A stretch of 64,000 nt of DNA, from the sequence record PQ066597.1. The stretch is one strand, 5' to 3'. Positions 22,114 to 32,128 of the stretch are shown in pieces (positions within the stretch are counted from its first letter, which is position 1; each line of letters begins with the position of its first letter). The notes under the pieces are model-generated. The model made no database searches. It saw only the letters and a list, made by a program, of their open reading frames with translations, and was not told the DNA's origin. Made by a program: the position numbers and the translations under genes.

Positions 22114-23454
22114 TCAAACCTTCAATTTATTTTTCAAAGTAGTCAAATCTTTCAGATATTCTTTTTTGGAGTTTGTTGTTTTCCAATAAGCAAGGTCTTT
22201 TTCTGCTTGCTCATATTCTTTAACCAGTTTTTCTACTTCGTCTTCTGTCATGTTAAAGATTGGGAGGCCAACCACCTTATCAGAATAAACCGCAAGTTCT
22301 GGTTCCAGAAGAGTTTTAACTTGCTGGATCATAGACTTCTTAGGTTGATTATAACTGATTTTCCCATCTCTGGCTAGCCGAATAAATTCTGCTTTCGCTT
22401 TAAGTTCTGGGATCAAATCGGTTAGATTTTTGATCATGTTTTCAATACGACGTTCAACGACGGTCATACGATAATCGACAAATTCGCAAATGAGTTGACT
22501 AGTATTTTCGTATTTTCGCAGATCCATATCCCCTGTAACCATGTTGGAGTTTGGACCAATCACGTTGATATTCTGATAGATATTCTCAGACAGAGAGAAT
22601 TGTTTCATGATATTTTCATGAGAAGTATCAAAATCACGTTTCAAAGTGACCCTGAATGTAAAATCACCTTCACCTTCAATCTCATCATAACTAACAATCT
22701 GGTCTTTTTCAATAAGATTATTTAAAATCGCCACATATTTGATTCGATTGAAACTAACTGGGATCTCTGTGATCAGAAGTTTGGTTTTACCTTGAAGTTC
22801 GTAAACTCCTTCGTTTGTCCATTGTTCTCCGGTGGTGTTAACCTTCCCAATAAAAGACGGAAACTTGATTTGGGGTTCGTTGCACTTCCCAGTCTTCACA
22901 TAAGAAATACATTCGTCAATAACACTGTGAATATCATGTGGTAGGATATGAGTTGCATAACCAGTTGCAACACCACGAATCCCATTGATCAACACAAACG
23001 GAATGACAGGGAGATAAAATTTTGGAATAGAATAAGAATCGATTTCGCTAGGTAAAACCAAATCCAAATCTTTGAACAAAAGGTCAAAATTATCATCCAG
23101 TTTACCAAAGATGTAACGTGGTTCCGCTGCTGCTGGGTTTTGTCGTGAACCAAAGTTACCCCGCCCGGTGATCACAGGGAAGTTGTTTGCGTATTGTGTT
23201 GCCATACCAGCTAGAACATCATACCCACTTGCTTCACCATGGGGATATCCATAGTCAGAGATAACACCACAAAGGAATGCAGACTTCTTGAAGTCCTTAC
23301 TTGCGTTTTTGATTGTTGAGTACAAAACAAAACGCTGGGATGGTTTGAACCCATCTACCATAGAAGGTAATGCACGGTTTACGATGGTATAAAATGTATA
23401 TTCTTTTGCTTCATTATGAATATAACTTGAAATAGTACGATCTACGAATTTCAT
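22114..23454 (-). CDS. 52: DNA topoisomerase II medium subunit (GyrA/ParC-like)
   Basis: RALPSMVDGFKPSQRFVLY, YPHGE, GNFGSR..PAAAEPRY (catalytic Tyr); 446 aa. Confidence 0.95.
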   Translation of the reverse strand: MKFVDRTISSYIHNEAKEYTFYTIVNRALPSMVDGFKPSQRFVLYSTIKNASKDFKKSAFLCGVISDYGYPHGEASGYDVLAGMATQYANNFPVITGRGNFGSRQNPAAAEPRYIFGKLDDNFDLLFKDLDLVLPSEIDSYSIPKFYLPVIPFVLINGIRGVATGYATHILPHDIHSVIDECISYVKTGKCNEPQIKFPSFIGKVNTTGEQWTNEGVYELQGKTKLLITEIPVSFNRIKYVAILNNLIEKDQIVSYDEIEGEGDFTFRVTLKRDFDTSHENIMKQFSLSENIYQNINVIGPNSNMVTGDMDLRKYENTSQLICEFVDYRMTVVERRIENMIKNLTDLIPELKAKAEFIRLARDGKISYNQPKKSMIQQVKTLLEPELAVYSDKVVGLPIFNMTEDEVEKLVKEYEQAEKDLAYWKTTNSKKEYLKDLTTLKNKLKV

Positions 23455-23482
23455 ATCATTCCTTATTTTAATTTATTTTATG

Positions 23483-23534
23483 TATCATACCACATATGAA
23501 TATAAACTGTAAAGCCCATCAAAAGACGGGCTTT
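23483..23534 (-). promoter_or_regulatory. terminator plus T4-early-type promoter of gene 52
   Basis: AAAGCCC/GGGCTTT hairpin followed by TTTACA...TGTGG-TATGAT. Confidence 0.6.
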
Positions 23535-23537
23535 GTT

Positions 23538-23942
23538 CTAACTTACCATTCGACCATGGATGATAAATTTGTTTCGGATCTTGCCAGTCAACTCATGACC
23601 ATTATTCATCTGTCCGTATTCTTCGATCCCAAGAAGGTGACGGGCTTGGCTATATTTAAGGAAATAGAGTTTTACGGTTTTACCTGTCATCAGGTAATCG
23701 TGAACATCTTTAGCCTGACCAGTACGTGGTTTTCGAAGTCGGATCATGGTTTCACCAAAACCACGTTTTCGCTGTTGATTTCCAACATGGGTCATATAAA
23801 CAACAGAACTAGCAGGGGCAGATATGAAGTAAAACCCCTCTTTTGTTACATCACCAGTTTCGTTAAGGTTGATACCATTAAAGTTACCAACAACAACCGC
23901 ACCAGACTTGACAAGCTCCTTTGTAGTTAAATTCTTTTTCAT
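23538..23942 (-). CDS. hypothetical protein
   Basis: ORF track. Confidence 0.7.
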   Translation of the reverse strand: MKKNLTTKELVKSGAVVVGNFNGINLNETGDVTKEGFYFISAPASSVVYMTHVGNQQRKRGFGETMIRLRKPRTGQAKDVHDYLMTGKTVKLYFLKYSQARHLLGIEEYGQMNNGHELTGKIRNKFIIHGRMVS

Positions 23943-24133
23943 TATTTCACCATATTAAAAATTAAAAACAAGACAATACCAAGACCCAATATTTTAATAA
24001 ACCAACCGGTGGGAGTGGTCATCATTGATTCCGGGTGATACATTTCTTCTGGTATATCTCTTTTATTGCCATAACGGTCGTGAGTATCCATCAGCCTAGG
24101 GCCTTCATCCTCATCGTATGGTTGATATCTCAT
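23942..24133 (-). CDS. small protein with C-terminal TM
   Basis: ORF track. Confidence 0.65.
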   Translation of the reverse strand: MRYQPYDEDEGPRLMDTHDRYGNKRDIPEEMYHPESMMTTPTGWFIKILGLGIVLFLIFNMVK

Positions 24134-24435
24134 TCACCCACCCGAAAAAATTTTCCGTCTCGAACCAGTACATGATCCAAATTATAAATGATGAACCCTT
24201 TGGTTTCATATGGGGTAACAACACGATATTCGACGTCTTTGGTATCGTGATTCACATGAAAGGAATATACCCAGTCTTTAACCTTTAATTGAAGGCTTGT
24301 ATAACCAGACACAAACGGTATTACTTCCTTATAGCCTTCACTTTTCTTAATGTTTACGAAACTCTCTATAGAAACCATGATTAAACCTCGTGTATGGTGT
24401 CTAGAATCAATTCCTATGGAGAATACAATAAACAT
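24130..24435 (-). CDS. hypothetical protein
   Basis: ORF track; real start probably internal MVSIESF. Confidence 0.55.
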   Translation of the reverse strand: MFIVFSIGIDSRHHTRGLIMVSIESFVNIKKSEGYKEVIPFVSGYTSLQLKVKDWVYSFHVNHDTKDVEYRVVTPYETKGFIIYNLDHVLVRDGKFFRVGE

Positions 24436-24577
24436 TGTATGAGATAACGAGGAATTGATTCTAGAAAGATTGGTGAGCTTTAGCGAACCGGCTACGCCGT
24501 ACTCGTTTCACTCGTTCTAATTATAGATCTTCTATATAAATACTTATAGGAAATCTATAATTTGATTTCATATGATA

Positions 24578-25057
24578 CTAGCCCAGTACCTTTTTGACAA
24601 GGGCACCATCAAACAAAAGACCTTTGGCAGAAGCTGCTTTCTTACAAGCGCCCATGACTTGACCGATGTTAGAACCACCAACGAGCTGACTAAGTACCTC
24701 TTTGATATGTTCTTCACCAAACACCTTCGGAAGATAGGAACTCAGCAGTTCACGTTCGATCATCAAGTCCGTGAATTTGATATCAGTTTTAAGAATATCC
24801 ATCACTTCTTGATTAGTCATATCGTTTGATACGGATACAACCCTTTTGCGGATCTCGGTAACTGCTTCGTCAATGTTTTTAACGAATTTGCGAATAACCG
24901 ATTGGACTTGTTCGTCAGTTACTACCTGATTACCGGAAGGACTTGCTTCACCAATTAGGGTTGTTAGAGCGTTGATACGAACTTTCCCGTGATGGGTAGA
25001 ACGGTCTTCTGATTTACGGGCTTTAATTTGGTCTTTCTTAATTTGTTCAAGCAGCAT
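24578..25057 (-). CDS. GatB/YqeY domain protein
   Basis: IKKDQIKARK..., VTDEQVQSVIRK, E.ELLSSYLPK, NIGQVMG, DGALVKK. Confidence 0.85.
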   Translation of the reverse strand: MLLEQIKKDQIKARKSEDRSTHHGKVRINALTTLIGEASPSGNQVVTDEQVQSVIRKFVKNIDEAVTEIRKRVVSVSNDMTNQEVMDILKTDIKFTDLMIERELLSSYLPKVFGEEHIKEVLSQLVGGSNIGQVMGACKKAASAKGLLFDGALVKKVLG

Positions 25058-25304
25058 TTAATACACCTTTCATATATTGGATAGTTGATTTGAGGATTTC
25101 TAGATCTTCTTTGCAAGAGTTGTTTTCAACCCAAGCAATAAACGCCATAACTTCCTTAGCTTCCATAACGTTTAGAGATTTCTTATGCATCATACGATTA
25201 TAAACCGCATTGATAGAATATTGGGAAGGGGATTCATTACAAACCCACTCTTGATAACACGGGTAAAGTTCATAAAACTCATGCATATTCAGACTAATAA
25301 TCAT
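25047..25304 (-). CDS. hypothetical protein
   Basis: ORF track. Confidence 0.6.
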   Translation of the reverse strand: MIISLNMHEFYELYPCYQEWVCNESPSQYSINAVYNRMMHKKSLNVMEAKEVMAFIAWVENNSCKEDLEILKSTIQYMKGVLNAA

Positions 25305-25315
25305 AATTTTTCCTC

Positions 25316-25699
25316 TTAGCGAATCGCGATGAAACCGTAGATACCGGAGCGAGAACCAACATGCATAGCGTCTTTCCAGTTGCTCACGTTACCACGAACA
25401 TATTTGGATGCAGAAGCCCAACCGTTTGCCTTGTGGATATTACCGTTTTCCATGTTAACAAACCAGACAACGGAACCGGTAGTATCCTCACGTCCAAAGT
25501 CGTGACGGACGATTCGGGCAAACTTACGACCTTTCATGATGGAGTAAGAATTGCGATTCAGGTTTTGACTAACGAAAGACTCAACATGTTCCTCATCGAA
25601 ACGTTCTTTCATATCAGGGATAACCTTGTTGAAGTATACTTCTTCTGAGAAGGCCATCATTTCAGCAACCATTACTTCGATTTGATTCATCATAGTCAT
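25316..25699 (-). CDS. hypothetical protein (GNIHKANGWASA..RGN motif)
   Basis: ORF track; early promoter TTGATC-N17-GATACT upstream. Confidence 0.75.
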   Translation of the reverse strand: MTMMNQIEVMVAEMMAFSEEVYFNKVIPDMKERFDEEHVESFVSQNLNRNSYSIMKGRKFARIVRHDFGREDTTGSVVWFVNMENGNIHKANGWASASKYVRGNVSNWKDAMHVGSRSGIYGFIAIR

Positions 25700-25748
25700 T
25701 CTCCTAATTGGTGTCTCGTCTCAACAGGGATAGTATCTCATAACGTGA

Positions 25749-26060
25749 TTATTCGATCAAGTACTTTTCTACAAAAGTTTTAGCCAATTTTAGTTCAGAA
25801 ACGATTACATCAAAGTACGCTTGTCGTACATCCACATCTTGAACATTAAAAAATTCGTTTTCTGTTGCGATCTGGTACTTATTGAAAACTTCACTTGCCC
25901 GTACTAAAGCCTGAAAAGCAAATGTATGGTGTTCGAAATAAGGGCCGCCATTCAAAGAGAAAATCGTCACACCAATACAATCATTAGTACCTTTGAACCG
26001 AGATTCGTTTTCGAAAATATCGATTGCACTATTGATATCATCAATGATTTTCTTTTTCAT
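25749..26060 (-). CDS. hypothetical protein
   Basis: ORF track 25749-26114; start ATG 26060 after GAGG. Confidence 0.65.
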   Translation of the reverse strand: MKKKIIDDINSAIDIFENESRFKGTNDCIGVTIFSLNGGPYFEHHTFAFQALVRASEVFNKYQIATENEFFNVQDVDVRQAYFDVIVSELKLAKTFVEKYLIE

Positions 26061-26061
26061 A

Positions 26062-26289
26062 TCAGACCTCGTAATCCAGAACATCTTGAAAGTCAAAGGA
26101 TTCAACACCACCACCAGTCACTTTGTCATAGTAGCAATGTACATCACCCTCAAAATCTTCATCGTAATAGCTTTCATACACCATTTCGACACCAGATTCA
26201 AGAACAACAACGATCTTGTCCTCAAATTGAGTCAGATCAATATGCTTGAAACCTTTAACATCATGCAGAGCAAGCAATACGTTATCCAT
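26062..26289 (-). CDS. hypothetical acidic protein
   Basis: ORF track; GGAG RBS. Confidence 0.7.
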   Translation of the reverse strand: MDNVLLALHDVKGFKHIDLTQFEDKIVVVLESGVEMVYESYYDEDFEGDVHCYYDKVTGGGVESFDFQDVLDYEV

Positions 26290-26366
26290 CTTAATCTCCT
26301 TTGGGAACCATTTCCCGACACAGTTAGTATCTCATAGGCCGGAATACCGATCAACAACTTTTTAAA

Positions 26367-26684
26367 TTATTTTCCGAGGTTGATGTAAGCAGCCCGAAGA
26401 TTGGCAACAACCAGATCCATGTAAATGCTAAACACTTCGGTAATTTCTCCGTCGTGGGCCGCACACTCATTGTGGCAGTTTACAAACTCAACAGCCGCCT
26501 TCTCTACGTAGTCACGAGATACATATGGACCCAAATTTTTCATCAATTCTTGTATGTCGGTAGCAGTCTGTACGAAAGTAAAGTTGGAACTCGTTCCCGT
26601 AACCACTTTGGCATTAACCATTACCAGAGTGGATTGAATGTCCATAATGGATTCACGAAGGCTTTGCATAGTGATGTGAGTCAT
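26367..26684 (-). CDS. hypothetical protein, paralog of 49129-49422
   Basis: Shared YLRE/SLRE...D..V.NLRAA; early promoter upstream. Confidence 0.7.
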   Translation of the reverse strand: MTHITMQSLRESIMDIQSTLVMVNAKVVTGTSSNFTFVQTATDIQELMKNLGPYVSRDYVEKAAVEFVNCHNECAAHDGEITEVFSIYMDLVVANLRAAYINLGK

Positions 26685-26756
26685 AGTAATTCCTCATTAG
26701 ACGGGGAACCACTCCCCGTTTCGACAAGACCTATATTATCAGAATAAGACTGGATG

Positions 26757-26963
26757 TCAACGCTCTAATTGCGATTGTTTGCAAATATTTTTATATCGTG
26801 CTTCTAAGCAATCTAACCAGTGACGATGAACAGGGTCCGGATTCTTTTCCAGATGTTCTGTCAACATATCGATCATTAGCTGGAAATTATCAATCAGATA
26901 TGCTTGATCGTCAAATTCCAGTGGGATGAATGTAACCCCTTGATTCCACGAATATTGTTTCAT
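26757..26963 (-). CDS. hypothetical protein
   Basis: ORF track. Confidence 0.6.
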   Translation of the reverse strand: MKQYSWNQGVTFIPLEFDDQAYLIDNFQLMIDMLTEHLEKNPDPVHRHWLDCLEARYKNICKQSQLER

Positions 26964-27517
26964 ACAAATACATCTTCCATAGTGAAATTGATGGAACCCA
27001 ATGCTTCTTTGAGGATATCAACCGTTTTGTATACTGCTGGGATGGTTTGATGTTCCTCCAAACCCCGATGACGATACATGTGATGGCGAATCATCATATC
27101 AATGACACTACTGGTAATTGTCTTGATGTCACTGGGGTATTTGCTACCGATATACCGTTTGTATTCCTTGATGAACCATTCCTGAGAACGGAATTTAGTT
27201 CGTTTCAGAAATTCGGTTGGGATAGTGATACTCATTTCTGAGGTAATCCATACCTTGGTATATTCGCGACCTACAATATATTCTTTTTCTTCACGAACAA
27301 ATGCTTTATAAACGGTATCTCCAATAGGAGAGTTAGGTTCAAATTCCCAACGAGAGATAACACCATCGCTGTTTATCTCGATTATCCCGGCTTTGTGATC
27401 GACAACACAATCATCCGGATTGTACCTAACTGCGTCTTTGAATTCACCACTTTCACCGATCCAAACAGTCCATTGACTCATGAACGTGCTGTAGTGACAG
27501 TAACCAATCTTCATCAT
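26960..27517 (-). CDS. hypothetical protein
   Basis: ORF track. Confidence 0.7.
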   Translation of the reverse strand: MMKIGYCHYSTFMSQWTVWIGESGEFKDAVRYNPDDCVVDHKAGIIEINSDGVISRWEFEPNSPIGDTVYKAFVREEKEYIVGREYTKVWITSEMSITIPTEFLKRTKFRSQEWFIKEYKRYIGSKYPSDIKTITSSVIDMMIRHHMYRHRGLEEHQTIPAVYKTVDILKEALGSINFTMEDVFV

Positions 27518-27912
27518 TAACCCTCGATTTTGAACTCGTTGTAACCAACAAGAGAGATTTTACGTTCTTTCTTATGGTACACCAGTTGGCGAATCACATC
27601 AACTTCTTTAACGTGATTTCGAATATATACGTCGATGTCCATCATAGAATCTGCTGAGATTTTAACACCATTTACGACTCTCCCCAAGGGCATAGACACT
27701 GTGTCAAACACGTTAGTGCACAATGAGCGAGCTTCTTGCCAAGATAGGTTATTCATCGCCTTCTGTTGACCACCGCGAGTGTTGTAGTATCCTGTCCAAC
27801 CTTTCCCGTTGTTTGGACGATAACCAATCAACCACATAAGGTTATCCATATGTTCCATTACTACTTTAGCATTAGGCCATTTGTCAAAGTTTTTCATTTT
27901 ACTTGTACCCAT
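27517..27912 (-). CDS. hypothetical protein
   Basis: ORF track. Confidence 0.7.
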   Translation of the reverse strand: MGTSKMKNFDKWPNAKVVMEHMDNLMWLIGYRPNNGKGWTGYYNTRGGQQKAMNNLSWQEARSLCTNVFDTVSMPLGRVVNGVKISADSMMDIDVYIRNHVKEVDVIRQLVYHKKERKISLVGYNEFKIEG

Positions 27913-28313
27913 TCGTTGTTTTCGTGATAAATCGAGTCTGATTCACGGAAGAATACCGGAAGATCATTGAATTCTTGAACAAGATTTTCTGCGACCATCT
28001 TCATGATCTTGATACCTTCTTGGTTATGACCAATAGAGATGTAAACCTTATCACCCTCATAAACAAATCCATCGATTTCCTCTTTCTGAGAAACGGTACA
28101 CATAAACATGCTTCGTTTTCCGCTATCTGAATCAAAGACAATGGAAAAGCTTTGGAAGTCGTAAGAATGAATTGTTGCAATACAACCACCAACAACTTTT
28201 TGTTTTGCGTGAACCCGTTGAACAAGCTTATGAACAACGTGGCCGATGTTGGTGATGTTCATGTTGTGGTTGCTGATGTCAACAAAAATAGAAGTACATA
28301 CGCTCATAATCAA
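27894..28313 (-). CDS. hypothetical protein
   Basis: ORF track. Confidence 0.65.
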   Translation of the reverse strand: MIMSVCTSIFVDISNHNMNITNIGHVVHKLVQRVHAKQKVVGGCIATIHSYDFQSFSIVFDSDSGKRSMFMCTVSQKEEIDGFVYEGDKVYISIGHNQEGIKIMKMVAENLVQEFNDLPVFFRESDSIYHENNEWVQVK

Positions 28314-28381
28314 TTTCCTTTAAGTGTGTTTTGTTTCAACAAAGAGAGGATACCTTTATTGATATCCTCTTGTCAACATGT

Positions 28382-28816
28382 TTAATCAACAAATTTCAGA
28401 GAAGGACAGATTTTTTCTTTCTTCGCTTTCAGGAAAGATACAATCAACGATTCTTTGTATTCCCTGTTGGCGATTTCTTCTCGTTTCTTCTCGTTCCGCT
28501 GCCATTTCTTTTGACGGGCGTAACTCTTAACGTGGTCGTATAGAATGGCTACCCCAACCATAATTGCAACCATAATTGCAATCAATACAGTACCAATCAA
28601 AGGAGAAGTTACCAAAACAAGACCACTGGTGATACCAAATGCTTTTAAAGTAGCCAATCCAACACCCGCCATTGCAGAAATAAATAGGGTTGTTAATCCA
28701 GATACCATAACCAAAGCCCAAACAGTTTTCCAAAAATATGGACACAAACTAGTAGGGATTTTGTTGAACAATGTGTTAAGTAGTCGATAATGCCAGCTTG
28801 ATTTATTAATATTCAT
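28382..28816 (-). CDS. membrane protein (SWHYRL...SLCPYFW)
   Basis: Two TM segments plus basic tail. Confidence 0.7.
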   Translation of the reverse strand: MNINKSSWHYRLLNTLFNKIPTSLCPYFWKTVWALVMVSGLTTLFISAMAGVGLATLKAFGITSGLVLVTSPLIGTVLIAIMVAIMVGVAILYDHVKSYARQKKWQRNEKKREEIANREYKESLIVSFLKAKKEKICPSLKFVD

Positions 28817-28818
28817 TT

Positions 28819-29202
28819 TTATTCCTTTTCAATTTTCCAGTTGATGATGAGATTATCTAATGTACTCACCTTTTTGTCACCACGATCATAACCTATGTGA
28901 TCATAAAAGTCCCATACACTATCAAAATAAATTTCTTGATTTTTGTAGTAATCTGTTTCTCCAATAGATTTGTTCAGCCGTTCATTACTACCGGGATCGC
29001 TCGTATCATACCGACCGAATACACCCTTGTCAATGACACCCATATGTTTGTCATACCAACGGTTTAGGATACGACCAACAAACCCCTCGATAGAGGTGAG
29101 TTGACGATACCAGCCACCTTTTGGATGTCCGTCATAAATTCGGATCCGATATAGCTGTGTTATCGGGTGTTCATAAAATTTATAAGTATAAACCTTATCC
29201 AT
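28819..29202 (-). CDS. hypothetical protein
   Basis: ORF track. Confidence 0.7.
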   Translation of the reverse strand: MDKVYTYKFYEHPITQLYRIRIYDGHPKGGWYRQLTSIEGFVGRILNRWYDKHMGVIDKGVFGRYDTSDPGSNERLNKSIGETDYYKNQEIYFDSVWDFYDHIGYDRGDKKVSTLDNLIINWKIEKE

Positions 29203-29548
29203 TACTGAGTTCCTTTAGGATCCTCTGACTTTCATTAATCATATCTTGTTTCTGATTAAAAAACCAAGAACTCCACAAAGTATAGCATTGATTGGCTGCC
29301 TCAATCGCAATCTCTTCCGTATCAAACACATACAGAACTTTCCTAGAACTCACAAAAGAATCTTCCTCTAATTCAGTAGATTGTCGATTCAAACCTGCTG
29401 GGATTCGTCGTGAAATATAAACTCGATCCCCGGAAACTTTGGTTACAAGACGAGGTTTTGACGCAACAACACCACCGACATTAATGGATTCGGTTAAAAC
29501 CCATTTATCAACTAGATGTGCATGTGCTTCTACTTTTTCTTTAGCCAT
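29195..29548 (-). CDS. hypothetical protein
   Basis: ORF track. Confidence 0.65.
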   Translation of the reverse strand: MAKEKVEAHAHLVDKWVLTESINVGGVVASKPRLVTKVSGDRVYISRRIPAGLNRQSTELEEDSFVSSRKVLYVFDTEEIAIEAANQCYTLWSSWFFNQKQDMINESQRILKELSNG

Positions 29549-29550
29549 TA

Positions 29551-30003
29551 CTACCTCTTTTTATTGTTAATTTTTAAGAATATAGATGTAAATTTATCAC
29601 CACAACACGACCGATGTTGTGTATGTGGAACAACACCAAGAGATTCCCAAAATAAAACAGAATAAGAATATCCAGTATAAGCCCAATGACTTTCACCGTC
29701 AACCTTCAATCTGTTTACTAGTTCGGAACCGACACCCGAGTTACGAAATTCATCTTTGACGTAACACATCATAAAGTTTTTATAACCACTCATGAGCCCA
29801 CGGGTTGCTAGTCCAACGGGGTTACCGTCCTTGTACTTGATTGCAACTTTGGTGATAAACCTCTTTTCAAATTTGATAACTTGTACGAGATATGGTTTCA
29901 ATGACCACCCTTCAACATACATTTTCTTATCTAAAAGATATTGACAGATCTCTTTGATATGAGACCCAGAATAAACCTTTACATCACCATAGTCAACAAT
30001 CAT
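29551..30003 (-). CDS. GNAT-family acetyltransferase
   Basis: YVKDEFRNSGVGSEL acetyl-CoA motif A; FWESLG. Confidence 0.75.
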   Translation of the reverse strand: MIVDYGDVKVYSGSHIKEICQYLLDKKMYVEGWSLKPYLVQVIKFEKRFITKVAIKYKDGNPVGLATRGLMSGYKNFMMCYVKDEFRNSGVGSELVNRLKVDGESHWAYTGYSYSVLFWESLGVVPHTQHRSCCGDKFTSIFLKINNKKR

Positions 30004-30004
30004 G

Positions 30005-30319
30005 TTATACTTCCTTAAATCCGTCAGTGTTCATCTCTTCGAGATGACCCCATTCACTAGTACCCAAGGAGATTATTTTTCCTTCTTCTGTGACAATCAC
30101 GTAATCACGAGCACAAATATCTAAACAATCACCATCTACTGTTGGTGGATTATAAACCTCTTGACCATCAAACGGGATCTGTTTCAGAACATAAACCCAC
30201 CTGATGTTAGGAAACAACCCTTTCAGGTTAGCCAACGCATATTCACACTTAACATACTTATATGAATCTACATGCCAACTTTCGCCATAAAACTCGTTTA
30301 TATTATCAAAATCAATCAT
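30005..30319 (-). CDS. hypothetical protein
   Basis: ORF track. Confidence 0.65.
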   Translation of the reverse strand: MIDFDNINEFYGESWHVDSYKYVKCEYALANLKGLFPNIRWVYVLKQIPFDGQEVYNPPTVDGDCLDICARDYVIVTEEGKIISLGTSEWGHLEEMNTDGFKEV

Positions 30320-30327
30320 AAATCACC

Positions 30328-30615
30328 TTAAAATTGGATACTTGGGGAAACCATATAACTTTCGATATCCATATGTGGGAAGTACGTAATTGTCAAGGTA
30401 TCAACACCTTTAACCATTCGATCCTCAACAGGAACATGGCGGTTAATTTCCTTCCGAATCTCCTTGAGGTCATCTTTAACACTATGAGTTTTCCCACGAA
30501 CCTTTTTCCCAGAAAGGCTGATCGTGGTTTTCCCAAGTACATTACTATAATACGAAGTGATATAAACCATACTCTCTCCTTTGTCGGTGTATTGATATGG
30601 TCTCATCCAATACAC
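30328..30615 (-). CDS. hypothetical protein
   Basis: ORF track; start uncertain. Confidence 0.55.
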   Translation of the reverse strand: MYWMRPYQYTDKGESMVYITSYYSNVLGKTTISLSGKKVRGKTHSVKDDLKEIRKEINRHVPVEDRMVKGVDTLTITYFPHMDIESYMVSPSIQF

Positions 30616-30638
30616 CTTTTGTCAACTACTTATACTGT

Positions 30639-30824
30639 TTACAAACACCAAATATCTTGAGTCTCTGTGTCATCCCGAACTACATCTAGTTCACCCCAAC
30701 AATCAGTTTTCTTCGCAATGTCGATTGCTTCCTCTTCTGAGTTTGCATATACATAAGCAGTTTTGTGTCCGCGAACGTATCCACTGATCTCTTTTCTTAC
30801 CTCATATTCTTTCATCTGACTCAT
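30639..30824 (-). CDS. hypothetical protein (YVYANSEEEAI motif)
   Basis: ORF track. Confidence 0.65.
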   Translation of the reverse strand: MSQMKEYEVRKEISGYVRGHKTAYVYANSEEEAIDIAKKTDCWGELDVVRDDTETQDIWCL

Positions 30825-30827
30825 CTT

Positions 30828-31106
30828 TTACCCCTTATAATTCTTTTCAAGAATATCAATGATATGAGAAACCATAGCTTTGTTCTTATCCTTTTCCCAA
30901 CTAAAGTGTCTGATATCCATAGAAAAAAGACTTTTTGGGAGAGAAAATTTGCGCATTAAAAACCCATCACCGCGACTCGTTGGGTCATCAACAAAGAAAT
31001 CATATTCATCTTCCCACACACGAATTTCTTTCAGATATTTCTTGACAAATTGGGAAACTGTAATATCAATTGTTTTTGTTGTTACTACTTGGTATGTATG
31101 TTTCAT
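30828..31106 (-). CDS. hypothetical protein
   Basis: ORF track. Confidence 0.65.
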   Translation of the reverse strand: MKHTYQVVTTKTIDITVSQFVKKYLKEIRVWEDEYDFFVDDPTSRGDGFLMRKFSLPKSLFSMDIRHFSWEKDKNKAMVSHIIDILEKNYKG

Positions 31107-31822
31107 CAGTAAAATTCCGCTGTTGCTATTTCAACCATGGGACTTACACCACGCCACTCAGAAAGATAAATCGAAGTGTCTACACCACATCCCGGATCAA
31201 GGCGGATACCGGTTTGTTCGGTGAACTTCAAATACTTATTTGACGGCTCTTTGTCACAAAATGAACGTACACCACTGTATTTAAATCCAGCACTCATTTG
31301 GGGGATAATAAAGACCCCGAATTCAGATACCTTACTAGCGGCCTCTATTACCTTATATTCGAATTCTGCGCCAGTATACCGACCTTTATAACCAGATGTA
31401 TTGATGTTGCCAAAAGGTGGGTTGCTAATACAAAAATCGAACCGGTCATTAGTGCTATCACAGTATTCCAGTGCATCACCACGGATCCAGTTTGCATTAG
31501 GTACGACTCGTTTACCAACCTCAAAATATTCGTGGTTCAATTCAACGCAAGTAATGTCGTTGTCATACAACCAGAAAGACAGGCCACCAATACCAGCACA
31601 CAGGTCCAACACAGAACGGTCTTGGTTAACTTCGATCATAGCATCACGAGCTAACATAACTGGGGTGAAGAATGCACCAGCAAGGCCATTCATCTGGGTT
31701 GCTCCCTCTTGGTAATTCTCAAGGATAAAACGACGTTCATCCCATGAGAGGACTTTATCAGAGTGAACAAGATCCATAGCCTTATTATGGAGTTTCAACG
31801 CCTGTTTGCTGATCTTAGCCAT
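31106..31822 (-). CDS. DNA N6-adenine (amino) methyltransferase
   Basis: Motif I VLDLCAGIGGL; motif IV ISNPPFG. Confidence 0.85.
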   Translation of the reverse strand: MAKISKQALKLHNKAMDLVHSDKVLSWDERRFILENYQEGATQMNGLAGAFFTPVMLARDAMIEVNQDRSVLDLCAGIGGLSFWLYDNDITCVELNHEYFEVGKRVVPNANWIRGDALEYCDSTNDRFDFCISNPPFGNINTSGYKGRYTGAEFEYKVIEAASKVSEFGVFIIPQMSAGFKYSGVRSFCDKEPSNKYLKFTEQTGIRLDPGCGVDTSIYLSEWRGVSPMVEIATAEFY

Positions 31823-31825
31823 TGA

Positions 31826-32128
31826 TCATTTACTCCATCGCTTGTATTCAGTTGGGCAAATGTCTTGAACAGGACATTCATCGCAGTAACCGGAAGTATG
31901 CATTACTTCCTTACCGGGTACGGTTACATCTTCCCATTCATCTGGGTCAATTTCTTCATTATGAATACAACCCCAAATATCAGCCTCTTCCTTTCCCCAG
32001 TAGAAGATTGGCATTGTGTTAGCAATCTTGGTGCAAAGTTTTTGAAGCTTCTTCTTATTGTCCATCACATTACGTTTTTGAACGGATTTCAGTTCTTTGT
32101 ACTCTTCTTCTGTCAAAATATATTGCAT
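31826..32128 (-). CDS. Cys-containing hypothetical protein
   Basis: WGCIH...YCDECPV..ICP. Confidence 0.7.
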   Translation of the reverse strand: MQYILTEEEYKELKSVQKRNVMDNKKKLQKLCTKIANTMPIFYWGKEEADIWGCIHNEEIDPDEWEDVTVPGKEVMHTSGYCDECPVQDICPTEYKRWSK

